Below, piece after piece: positions 49,021-60,697 of a stretch of DNA of 64,000 nucleotides. The notes below the pieces were generated by a model that saw nothing but the letters and a program-made list of their open reading frames with translations, was not told where the DNA came from and searched no databases. Within the stretch, counting starts at the first letter, position 1. Each line of letters begins with the position of its first letter. The position numbers were made by a program, and so were the translations under genes. The stretch comes from Anthoceros angustus (Eukaryota > Plantae > Anthocerotophyta): NCBI GenBank assembly GCA_010909165.1, contig VJWM01000182.1, positions 62,001 to 126,000 of the forward strand, in the 5' to 3' direction.

Positions 49021-49250
49021 ATAAGCTCGTTATTGCAAGGCCCTTTGCCCCCTGATATAAGCTCCTTGGCTGTAAGGACATCTAACATAAGCTCTAGGCC
49101 TCTTCTATAAGCTCGCTATTGTAAGGTCCTTTGGGCCTGCTCCTAACTTTCATATTATTCACCAACTCCATAAGATATGGCTCGTAGTTCATGTTTTAAG
49201 GGCTTTGGGCCTCTTACATAAGCTCGCTATTGTAAGGTCCTTTGAGGCTG
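49021..49250 (+). repeat. Dispersed ~27-bp repeats
   Basis: ATAAGCTCG(C/T)TATTG(T/C)AAGG(T/C)CCTTTG occurs near 49021, 49108 and 49219. Confidence 0.7.
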
Positions 49251-50957
49251 CCCCTAACTTTCAAATCCTCACCTTCTTCATGGGGTATATAGCTCACAGT
49301 TCTCGTTTTAAGTGGCATGTGCTCCTTTATTGTTTGACTAAAATAATTCTTGCAACAAATCTTTTTACCTTGTTTAGAAGGTTTATCAAGTTGCTTTCCA
49401 TCGCTTGTAAGTTATGCATTACAAGTTTAAGCTCCAATTTAGGCAATAGCGAATTACACTTACTTTACTTTTAATGGATTGCATTTCTAACTTGAATTGA
49501 GACTTTGGGGTGGTTTTAGAGGAATATCTTCTTTAATTTTTTAGGTTGTCCTATCCAAGTAATTCAATTTATATTTTCTAATTTAAAAAACATAAAAATA
49601 ATCAAACTTAGTTAAACCATACAAAGTTTTGAATTTTTCTTGGAGTTAAAAACATAATTGATACATTTCCGGCTATTCTTTTTAAGAGAGTGTAAAGCAA
49701 GCATACTCTATAGACTAATCTATAGAAATTCTTTCTGCTGTGACAATTTGTTTAAGATTTTGTAGGCGTTCGGGTGCAGAGTTATGTAAGCGCAATTTTC
49801 ACATCACATCAGTGCTGACTTAAGTTTGTGGACACTGAAAACTTGGTCTGCATATCTAACTTGTCCTGAAGATAATTTGTTACGGTTCAAAGTAGTACAA
49901 TAAAATCGGCCAAATCGCTTCACCAGGCAGACCTTTTCTGCCATTCCTCTTCCTTTCTCACGTGTGCGCTTCCGTCCCTCTTCACGATACTTCAGACATT
50001 CCCAGGCAATCGGATATGTTCGAATTCCCAGCTCCTCCTTTCGATTGCCCATGGGCAGAGTATAACAGTTCTCTTCCGAATACGTCCAGGCGAGTTTCTT
50101 GTTACACATTGATTCTCTTCCTACTTGCGAATGGCCGCTAGGGAATGTCAGCTACACTCAGTGATGGTTGAATCCATATCTCAGAAATTGCGTCAATCGG
50201 AACCTAACTAGGTCGCAACTTGAAGCTGGAAAACAGGATCGTGGAGTTGCATAGCAGAAGCACGTGGTACAGGGATATATCTCAGGTGACTTTTCTTATT
50301 CCAATTTCACACGAATCATTTTACTGTACACCTGTTCAAAACACGAGATTTTTGTGCATGCCATTCTCCAGTTTATGACTGGCTGTCCGGTTCGACGAGT
50401 GACAGAACGGATCAGATGGGAGGCTGGCCAGCGGAATAGTAGTCACACCAACCACAGGACCTGAAGATCACTAGCAGAGCGCACTCCTCAACAGCAAACT
50501 TCCCGCTCGGTACTAGCCGAAGCAGCTCTACACACACCGGAGCCAAGCAGAGGAAAAACCAGAGCTTTAAACCCCAGGTCCTGCTGACCTGGTCATGAGG
50601 AGGACATACGGTTAAGGGACTCGAGGGGATGCTGCTGCTGCTGCTGCTGACAAGAAAACACTGGAGTGGAGCGGTAGACGAGAAGAGGCATCTGATGGAG
50701 CGGCACAAAGGCAAGAGCGCAAGAAGACGAATCAGGATACTGTCCGGGCGAGGTTTCGGCAACGGCAAACGAGGACTTCGCGAAAAGCAACGAGAAGCGA
50801 GGGGAAGAAAGAATGGTCACCTAGCAGCCGGGAGATCCGTACAGCGTCCCTTCCTCCATGAAGGCCCTACACAGCTGATATATTGTGGCAGAGCTGTCAG
50901 TGTGGCCTGCGAATTCCGTGGGCCAGCAATCGGGAAGAGGAGGCGCGCGAGTAGGAA

Positions 50958-51135
50958 CCTGGAGCGAGCTCCCTTCAGTCCAAGTGAGGGTAGGAAGAGG
51001 CAAAGGCAACTCCCACATCAGGCAAGCGGCTACCTCGTTAGGACAGAAGATGTCCGACGGGGCACTCGAATGCCTGAGCTGGCAGATGAGCTCGCTCCGT
51101 CCAAACCACAGTTGAACGGAAGGAAGCTCGCTTCA
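50958..51135 (-). ncRNA. MIR319: MIR319 precursor hairpin 2
   Basis: The 3' arm CUUGGACUGAAGGGAGCUCGC (plus 50964-50984) pairs with the 5' arm GCGAGCUUCCUUCCGUUCAACUG (plus 51109-51131), with two mismatches and two G:U pairs over 23 nt. There is an inner UCAGGCA/UGCCUGA stem. The ~180-nt length is typical. Confidence 0.88.
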
Positions 51136-51229
51136 GATCCGGCATGCACATCACTGGGAGTCCTGCACACACCAAAGCAGCAGCGTGACCAGAGGCGAAG
51201 AAAACGGGAGAAGCTGCAACCAGGGAGCA

Positions 51230-51402
51230 GCCGGGAGCTCCCTTCAGTCCAAGTGAAGCGGGCAGAAGGCGTCGGCAGCTCCGGCATCAGGCAATCGCGT
51301 GGCTTAGCACAGCGGGCGGCCATGTTAGACGACACGGGTGCCTGAGTCTGCAGCTGGAGACACCCCTCGCCATCGCCAATTGAACTGAAAGGGGCTCCCA
51401 AT
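51230..51402 (-). ncRNA. MIR319: MIR319 precursor hairpin 1
   Basis: The 3' arm CUUGGACUGAAGGGAGCUCCC (plus 51233-51253, canonical miR319) pairs with the 5' arm GGGAGCCCCUUUCAGUUCAAUUG (plus 51377-51399). Inner UCAGGCA/UGCCUGA stem and an AGCUGCCGAC motif. Confidence 0.92.
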
Positions 51403-51728
51403 CGGACCGGATGCAAAACCAGCACATGCATGCAGGGCACAAACGTCGCGGAGTCGCGGAGTCGCGGAGTCGCGGGCGGCACGAGCACGTCTCCGCTGCT
51501 CGGCCGGGCCGGCAGCGCGCGAGAGCCGAGCAGGAGGAGGCAAAGGCGCGCGGCGGGCGGGGCTGGCGAGGCCGGGCGTCGGGGCCGGGCGAGACGTCAC
51601 CACCTGGGCTAGGAGGCCGCGGGGCGCCGCTGCTGAGCTGGAGCTGGGAGCTGGAAGCTGGGATGGTGCCGCTACCGCTGCAGCGTTGCTACTGCCGCTC
51701 ACACGATATGAGAAGAGGAGGAGTACGG

Positions 51729-51738
51729 TTTTATAGGG
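51729..51738 (-). promoter_or_regulatory. TATA box of the putative pri-MIR319 transcript
   Basis: The minus strand reads CCCCTATAAA followed by a pyrimidine-rich initiator-like stretch, about 330 nt upstream of hairpin 1. Confidence 0.65.
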
Positions 51739-52830
51739 GCCGCGCCGGGGAAAAGGCACTTTATCAGCGGGGTAGAGGGTAATAAAATCCCCGTAACCGC
51801 CTCCTGTAACTTTTTGGCGCGGGAGCCATTAGATCGCCCGTGCCGCGACACCGTCCGGGGCACCCAAGCGCCAGGCTCGCGCAAAACCGTGTCCCAGGTT
51901 CCCAACGGTATGCCATCATTCAAGGCTGGCCCAAGGACAGATGGACAGGTCAAATCTGTCTTGTATGTCACCCTCCCGTCTGCCCTGCCCTGCCCTGCCC
52001 TGCCCTGCCATTGCCTGCTGCTATTTGGAATTAATCGTGTGAGTGCTATTAATCCTGGAACTGTGCGCCTACATATACATACCACACCTTCGCAGCGCGA
52101 GACCTGGGGGACCCAGAGGGCACGCCGCAATCGCACGTACACCGCCGCGCGCCCGTGACAACCCTAGCCTTTAGGGCTCCGGGCGCCGCGCTGCCAGCGG
52201 CGGACGTGGAGGAGCAGGTCGCGCAGCATGTGCTCGTCTCCTTCCCGTTCCCTTTCGCTTACCCTTTCCTGCCTTCGCTTTTTCTTGCCGCTGCCGACTC
52301 TCACCCCTGCAGACATTCATTCATTAGATTTTGTTTCACTGGGGCCAACACGGCCTAGCCAGGTTCCGTGACCCCGTCTCATTGGCTCCATTTTCCTTTC
52401 CTCGCACAACCTCTTCCCCATCTGCCAGCTCCACCACCCATTTCATGGACTCGTTACATACGGCTGGCAAGCGCCGCGCCGCTCCTACCATTTTTTACCT
52501 CCCCCTCTTGGGGCCAGGTCATGTGTTTAGGCTGGTTTCGCGTGAGCTCGTGCCCAGACTCGGGCATCACCACGCCACAGATCGCGAAACGGAGATGAAC
52601 CTAAAATTGCATGGCTCGGGCTCCCCGTTTCACGCAGCCTGGTCTTTATTTAGTGGTGCCTTTAGAGTTTCGGGTCGGGATTGTGGTCCAACCTGTTGCC
52701 CTGCCTACGCTTTCATATAGATTCTCTTGCTTCCCTTTCATCATCCACGGTGTTATATCATATAATGTTTTCTCCAATCCCATCATGTGTAGATTTTAGT
52801 TCTCCACCACCACTAGGCAATTAATATGAG

Positions 52831-53013
52831 TGTTCAGCCACTAAAGAGTTATGGTATAGTAGTTTTGGAGAGGTTTCATTTTCTCAACTCCGATCCCACC
52901 CAATACTAATTTATTTGGTGTGTCCAGCCACTAAAGAGTTATTGTATAGGTAGTAGTTCTGGAGAAGTTTCATTTTCGCAACTCCGATCCAGTCCAACAC
53001 TAATTTATTCGGT
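52831..53013 (+). repeat. Two tandem ~90-bp units beside the Harbinger remnant
   Basis: TGT(T/C)CAGCCACTAAAGAGTTAT...CAACTCCGATCC...CTAATTTATT at 52831-52920 and 52921-53013. Confidence 0.9.
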
Positions 53014-53019
53014 ATGTCG

Positions 53020-53285
53020 ACATTGGACAACAGAAAAGTTGATTGTGCTATAAGCTACAAGGAGAAACGACATGGATAAATATCAAGCGGGAGGAAGCAA
53101 GGAGAGAACCAAATCCGCAACAATTTGGTGGGCATTAAACCCTAAACCCTAGTCACCATACAGTTTGAGATGAAGAAACACGGTGACATGTTGGATCTGG
53201 AAAAGCAGAAGCTCAAAAAATCGGAGCAACTAGCAGCCAGTTACACTCAGGTTATGACCAATATAGGAGATAGCTTGAAATTCTG
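53020..53285 (+). pseudogene. Internally deleted Myb/SANT-like partner ORF of a PIF/Harbinger element
   Basis: TTEKLIVL*ATRRNDMDKYQAGGSKERTKSATIWW is followed by the coiled tail FEMKKHGDMLDLEKQKLKKSEQLAASYTQVMTNIGDSLKF. It converges on the transposase. Confidence 0.5.
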
Positions 53286-53325
53286 AAGAGAATCCATACT
53301 TATAGCAACGCAGAAACATGACTAG

Positions 53326-54620
53326 CTAGACACTTTGTCGTCTATGTCTCTCGCTACGAGGAGTATTTGCCCACACATGTTCTATTATCACTCGCCGCAA
53401 TGAGTGATATTCTGTAGCATTGTCTGCTATCAATCCAGCTGCTGGTTGTTCTTCTTGTCTACCATGTGTATATCCTTTATACAACCTTGCATCCACACGA
53501 TCACCTCGATCTATTGCGATGTTGTGTAGGATGGAGCAAACGTAGGAGATCTTTGCAAAATTTTTCACCTTCATTCTCCAAGTTCTCCGTCCCAAGATCC
53601 ACCAGACACACTTTAATTCTCCAAATGCACCCTCTACAACTATTCGAGTAGAAGATTGCTTGCAATTAAAAAGGTCGGACTTTGGGTCTAATCCTCGACC
53701 AGGCACTAGTGTGATCAACCAAGGCATGTCAGGGTAACCTGCATCTCCAAGAAGGAATTCTTGTACATGCTCACTTGCCAAGAGCACTGTTGGCCCTTGC
53801 AATCGACTACTAGCACACACATCCTTGTAGATTCTTGAGTTTCTCAAAATTCGAGCAACGTTGGCACTGCCTGGCCAACTTGTAACATCTAAAAACCGTT
53901 TGTCAGGCCGTACAAAGTGGGTTGCATTAACAGCTGCACAATAGTTTGGGATCCCATTCATTTTACTAAAGCCTTGTTTCACAAGAGCTAGACCTTCATC
54001 ATTAGGCCATGCTAGGTGCCCTCTACCACAAAGGAGAAGAGCTTTTACAAATCTCATGCAGATATCATGGACAGTTGTGGTGCCTATACCAAAGCATTCC
54101 CCTAGGCTGAAGTAATTGTCTCATGTGGCAAATCTACATAAAGCCACAGCCTTCGTATTTGTGGACTGGCAAGACTCTGTCTGGTATGTTGTTAAATGCT
54201 TCCACGCTCTGAGTCACCATCAATCGCTGTACTAGCTCACAAAGATAAGAGAAGAAGCTAAGCTTGAAACGGAAGAATCAGGCAAACCTTGCTTGATCTG
54301 TGACAACAACCACAATTCTACAGAGAAGCCAAAAATCCTTGATACGGGTTTGATGTAATATTGCTCGTAATGCAATCCATGCCAGAGCCCTGCAGGCATT
54401 TTGTCTAAAGAAGCAAGAATTGCCAAATAAGCATTCAATCCAAGAATGGATGCTTGCAATTCTATATCTGTGGCCTCTCCTGCATGGGTTACCGAATGTG
54501 CTGCAAAGCAGTAAGAATCTTTCATTCTCGGCAGTCGATTGGGATCGCTAAGGATGATGACAAGTGCAGCAACAATCGGCACTAACAATGACAAAATTGT
54601 GTCGATGGCGCTCGCCATGG
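53326..54620 (-). pseudogene. PIF/Harbinger transposase (DDE_Tnp_4-type), frameshifted and internally deleted
   Basis: FFRFKLSFFSYLCELV...LPVHK..AVALCRFAT*DNYFSLGECFGIGTTTVHDIC; GIPNYCAAVNATH; WPGSANVARILRNS; LLGDAGYPDMPWLIT; FNCKQSSTRIVVEGAFGELK.W; VCSILHNI. Confidence 0.9.
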
Positions 54621-56609
54621 TGTAGAAATAATGCAGGCACGAACAGGAGCGAGCACTCAACACAAATGCATACCAAAAAATTGACCTGATTCCGGTCATG
54701 ATTGCGATCAACCGTCCATTGACGGTGCCTAGCCCGGTGTTCATTTTATGCATGCAAACAGCCGAACCCAAGCCCAGCAAAATTCCATGGGCTCGGGTCG
54801 GTGCTCACGCGAAAAGGCCCCTAGTCGCAAAAGCTTCACACCCTTTTTTCTTTTTTATGTTTCGCCTTAATCTCACTGTCGCATCATCACATATAAGTAA
54901 CAACATAGAAGATAGCCCCTCCTTCACATTTCCTAGACTTACTCTTAACCTCATAACGGCGGAGTCGGATAGTCCTCTGGGAAATTTTTCACGTTGTTTT
55001 CACGGAAGTTACCTTTGAGCGTGGTATGCGAGCACTGTGATGAACATGTGCACATTTTGCATTGAGAAAATAGCACTCAGATTCATGCGACTGCACCTCG
55101 AAGCAAAAGATGCTCCAAGATGCTATATGACCATGTAAATGTATGTGTGGTTAGATGTACTTCGCAAGGAGGGCAACGCTTCCAGGTTGTTTATAAATAA
55201 TGTTGCAACACGAGTGCCCATTTTGTCCATGGTCTCCGACACCGGAGTGCAGGAGAATATTACTGGTATATACTTTATATGGTAACCTTATGAGGTCCGA
55301 TTAGTACGCAATCCAATGGACAACTGGCAGTTTGTTGAATTTTGTCTTTTGGCATCATTCATGCAAGCGCCGATGCAAACCGAGCTTGGATTTCGATTGC
55401 TTCGTCTTCCTCACAATGAATGTATGGAGCCTCCTTGCCACTCCTCCTTGTCGCTTCACCTCAACGGGCCTTTCTCATCTTCATAAAGATGTCCACACGT
55501 CGCACTTCTCGAAAGGCTGAAGTTCCATCTCTCCCACCACCACCTCCAGTTGTAACCGAGTATACTAAGGAGGCTGCCTCTCTATACTGCGGCGCAGGCT
55601 ATCAATAAGGAGTACCTCTTGCACAAGTTGCAGCCCTTATCGGGCTATTGTTGGAAGATAGGATGCTTGCTCATCCCCTCCCAACCCGGGAGACTTGGCT
55701 GGCCGATTAATGCGACTATAGCCGACTATAAATGAGTAAGTCATCCAAGTTGGGAGGGGATACAAAAGAAGGGCCACCCAGACATTTTTCCCCTTGCATC
55801 TCTCCCTTATTTTTTGCATGGTTCCTATTGGTCTCCCTTCAATGCTTGCTTGCTCTTTTTTGACACATCAAAGCACTCTCAAGTACTAGTCCCTGCTGAA
55901 GTGGCCCTTCCACCTTATTCTGTCGTCATTGTGAATCACAAGGGTCCAAAATGTCTCACTCTGCACCTCAGTACACATGGCCTCCTCGAGTTGTAGACCC
56001 TGGGTGAAAGGAAAATGTCTAGCCGAGGATTTGGGCCAAACTTCGATGTCTGATCCTACGTCCGAGCTTCAACCTTTGCTTCTCATTTTCTTTCTAAAGA
56101 ACATATCTTTGCTCCACCACGTATGTTTGGCTCTCTTGCTTCTTCCCGAGTTGTTGCCATTCGACGTGAACGCCGGAGAGTGGTCCGCTTTTGCCTCCCA
56201 TCAGCCCTTCGTGCACCCAACACAAAAGCTCCCCGTCTTTATCGATGTCGTTGCAAATGTCCATACCTAGGATCTTTGTTGCCATCATGCCTCTCTTTTT
56301 GCGTGCCCCGTGCGCCTCTTAGAGCTCACTAGTACATGGAGGTCACCCCGCTTGCCGCCAGTCCGTTGAGATACGTGCCCGGTTCTCTACCCGATCTAAA
56401 TTTGCCAGTGGTAAGTTCAAATTCCCTTTCCCCACCCTTCGTCACAGATTGGCGGTGGAGCTGTTGTCTGGAAGAATTCATGCCTCGCCTCCTCTCGGCT
56501 CACTAGGCCGGTCCAATAGGGAAGGGGAGTCTACTACAAACCCCATTGACTTGGATTCCTTTCGGACGCCACCACATGCACGCGCACCTCACAGGTATTC
56601 CACACTTTT

Positions 56610-57215
56610 GTAGGGATCGATGTCTGGAAGAAGAAGGGGTCACTACGTACACGCAATACTATGAGTTTGTGAGGCCATAGCATATTATCGACAAGAAAGG
56701 AGACAATATGGATCCTTTAGAGTACCCTAACATATGGGAGAAATCTCCAAGGCATTGTGGTTGCAGATATGGCAGTAAGCTTCGGACTTGGTTGGCAAGT
56801 GCTTGTGGATTTCGGGTTGGGTGACTTCCATAGATGCTTGTATGAACACATTTTGGTTGGTCAATGGACTTAGTTCAGTTGCCTCCTAGCTCCTATTGTG
56901 CATATGTTCCAGGCCGCTCAAACTCTGGCACTACAATGTTTGATGATTTGGGATATGGCTTGGAACACTAGAGCGGTAGAAGCAAGGTGCACATGAAAGC
57001 CGAATTTGTAGTAACAACAAGGTCAACTCTGTGGTGGAATTGGAGAACAACTTCTCTGTTTTCACCACCATAACCATGTTTGTTGCCCTGCCCATGCCCC
57101 CCTGCCTACAGGCAAAGGACACGTGCCAAGCCCGACTGAATTGTTTGGCAAGGAGCTATTGCAGAACGAGGAGGATATTCTGCAGCGTTCCGGTGTGACA
57201 ACAGTGATTTAAACG
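56610..57215 (+). pseudogene. Decayed coding sequence of unknown family (probably TE-derived)
   Basis: RDRCLEEEGVTTYTQYYEFVRP*HIIDKKG...FHRCLYEHILVGQW/LVQLPP...HMKAEFVVTTRSTLWWNWRTTSLFSPP*PCLLP. Several stops are TAG/TAA, one transition away from TGG/CAG/CAA. Confidence 0.45.
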
Positions 57216-60200
57216 TTACACCAGCGGTTTTTTGCTTCCAATTTACAAATTGGGATAAGCAATTGCTTTTGATTTTCAATATCTCAATACTGGAGAACAA
57301 TCTCATGTTCGGGGAACTCCGCGTTCCTGATTAGGGCATGAGAGGCCAAATCATCGTTATCATTATCATCGAGGAGAATCTGGCGCTTTAAACTTCAAAT
57401 GGTGGGCAATTTGCCAAGACTTGGAAACGGTGGTTTTGAACATTTGACTGACACGTTGGGGTCCTAAGATGGTGGTGAGACACATTAGGGCAGAATGGGA
57501 GACCAAGCATTTAGGTGGACGTCAAGACCTTAGAAAGCATTAAAGCATGTCCTCATCAAGATTCATTGGGAACACGACGATTGTCTAAAAGGATATAGAC
57601 CGGAGTAAATTTTTTTGGTGTCATCACAGCCTCCTGTTTGTTTACAACCGCATTGAGCATTTTGTTTGCTACGTTGATTTTGCCTTCAATGATGTAGGCT
57701 GCTTGGAAGCGATGACGTCACCGCGCGGTGATGTAGGGCGTAGTGGTGACCACAAAAACTTGTCCCTTTGCAATGTCTCCTTTTTTGTAACCCCATTAAA
57801 TGGTAACCATGGTTTACTTCCATGGAGGGCTGAAAGCTCTCATTTTGTTATTCCAAAAATTGCACAGAGCTACTACACTGTTGAGTTCAACGTAATTTTT
57901 TATGACAATACTCTTCAGGTAGTGGTATACTGTATGTGCGATAGAGTTATCTCAAGGAGTAGAAGAGCTGAGAGCAATAACTATGGGCTAATGGTCACCC
58001 CGTGATGCGGAATCTATGCCTCATGCAACCCTTCGGAAAAATGTGATGTGTCCTTATGGGACCACATGGTTTATCTTAATTGTGATATAAGAAAAATTAT
58101 AAAAGTGCTAATAAGAGAAAATGGGCAAAAATAGGCCCCGGCGTTCTAGGGTTAATTACTAATGTTTACTCGACTACTACTACTATTAACTACTGCTGTT
58201 TACTCAGTCCCATGACGGATCCGTCCTTAGTGGACTTAAATAAAATTCTTGTTCTTCTTCAAGCTCCCTGCACATGCTCTGCCTCGAGGCTTCAGTAGTA
58301 TGTACAAAGAATCCCAGCCCAACACTAAATCACGACAACACACTCATCTTGTATTCAGGGACATCGACGACTGGGCCCACCGACGAACGGTGGAAGGAAA
58401 AAGTCTTAAAAATTCAACGCGCAACCAAAGTTAATTCGGCATTTCGGACTGGCTGATGCAGATGATTATGTTCAGAGGATTCCAAAACTTGATCTGCCCG
58501 TCACCGAGGTACAGAAGGACAGCTACATTTCACCTTTAGCTGCCTTACGCAGCTCTGTCTCTGGCTGGTAACTTCTCGCATAGACAGACTTTGCCTGGTG
58601 GCGGTCACATCTGGTTACACAGCGCAAGTAGAGCAAAAACTCAGCGAGTCTTCACGACATTGGGAGAGCGAAGACTAACACGCCTGGCTGTCGAGGTCTG
58701 TGTTCCTGAAAGCTGCACGGATTAGTTCCATTCAGTTCAGGGTACATGACTTTGTCCGTGCAAGGATGCCTTGTCACGGTTCCAGACCCTGGAAAGTGCT
58801 ATAGACAGGTCGGGCTCCTCAATATTAACAAGCTGTGATCCTGTAAGCACACAGTTTCTCGAAAGTGAGAACCGTTAACAGCAGGTGAAGGCAACGATTG
58901 TCGCAAGGAGCCACCCATAATCGACCGAGTGAGTTCCACTTATTCCCTTACATCGCAAAGCAGGCGCACCTTCTTGGAGCAAGGTCTACATATAACTGCG
59001 CTTGCCGCTGGAGAGTTCTGCGCGCCAAAGGGCATGAAAGAGGGCCAACGAGGATGCTGCTAGCCAAGTCCCATGATGGCTGTCCTCAAACCCTTGGATT
59101 CAGCATTTCCTCAAGTAAGCCTGCGAGCAACGTCGTGGATTCAAAGCACTGGTCTGATCCTCCGGGCTCTTGAAAAGAGAGTCCTGCTGGCAGCCTTCTG
59201 GAGCACAACTCGAGGTGTATCTTCAGGTGTGAGTGCGCACCTCGGAATCATGCAAACGTTGCAAGCTTGTGTATACATGTAGCGGTCTTCAGCCTCGTGA
59301 CCTCAAACACAGTCACCACTTGATGGAAAGCAGGCGCCAGCATTTTGCCCCAGTCTAGATCTGGCGTGCAAAAAGGCCAGTTGAAGAGTTCACGTAAGGT
59401 CGACCATCGAGTGATCCCACTCATCTTGACCACAGCAAGCAGAGGGGAAGGGCGGGAAAGCATACCGCATAACTGTGCAGGCAGGTGGTGCCGGTTGAGA
59501 TCTTCAGCGATCCGTGGGTGGATGCTGGGAAGTGGTTCACGATCATCCTGCACACGGCAAACGAGAGTTGGTGGATGGTTGTGTGAGGGAGCTTCAAACC
59601 GTGGTGCTGTATGGAGGTAGAGTTGGAACCGTATACATGAGGACTGATGCGACACACGTCTTGCTTGCCCTAGCCTCATGACGGCATGGCCAACACACAT
59701 TTCTCTGCAAAGGAACAGCACACACGGTTTCACAGCTTGTCAGAGAGAATCGGTGAGCCACGCCATGGACGGGGCTGCTGACAGAAGCTACCCACACCAA
59801 CATCTTTCACCGGAGGTCCACCCTGCCTCCAGGCATCCGAAGCTTGGGAGACAGATCACCTCACAAAAAAGTGGCATACATGCCAGTGAGAGCGAACATG
59901 GTAGTGCAGTTAGGGACTGCTGGTAATCGCCTGCCCAGCGCCCTGCTTGCGGGTTTGCGGGTTTGCTGGTTTGCTGGTTTGCTGCTGCTGGTACCGCTGC
60001 CCTGCGACCCTGCGACATCAGGGCGCACGCGAGTCCACTATCGGTTTCTGGATGTACTGTACACTATGCGCCATTACGCCCCAAACGGAATGCAATGAGG
60101 CAATGAGGCAATGAGGCGGATAACGGGATGTAATTTTACGTGGAATCTTTGGGACCCACACCTCATGTAAATATGTATGTATGTACATGTACATACTGTA

Positions 60201-60697
60201 CATACGCATGGTGAAAGGCATTGCCCGGTCGTGTGCACTTTGACCACATGGGAATCCCGTGCTCCTGTGTCAGGAGATCCGAAATAATGAGGCCGTACGT
60301 GAGGACCCCACCTCTCCCGTCCGCGGCCGGCTGGAGCTCCACAGTGCTGCACCAGGGCCTACAGCTGTGATACAAAAATACAAACGCAGGATGCGGATTC
60401 CGCTTTCATTGTACGTTGGATACATTTGGAGCCCTCCCAGCAATTCTAGAAAATGCGGCCGCTGCTGAGTAGTGGCACTCTATGTTCTCCTACACTCTCT
60501 AAGCCGTTACCTCATTCCCGGTATCCATGGCCCACGTTGATTTCGAAGCTGGCCGTCTTTCGCAAGGTTCCAACTTGCAGCGACGTGTCATGTCCTCCCG
60601 GGACCTACAAGGCAGTGATCCGTAAGCCAATACGACAACAAAAGGCCGCGAGGATTCCCGCTAGCCTCACGCTCGGCTGGATCCGAGGATCCGGGAC

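Noticed and set aside
50629-51345. 238-aa plus-strand ORF
   Set aside because: It is the antisense shadow of the MIR319 hairpins. Its internal repeat (ELPSVQV) is just the miR319 complement.
54232-54780. 182-aa ORF resembling a membrane protein
   Set aside because: It is the N-terminus of the Harbinger transposase. A frameshift links it to the FFRF...AVALCRFAT motif.
58500-60400. Possible additional spliced gene downstream of COG6
   Set aside because: Splice-like signals exist on both strands, but candidate exons have stops in all frames or give no recognisable protein. Transcript data are needed.
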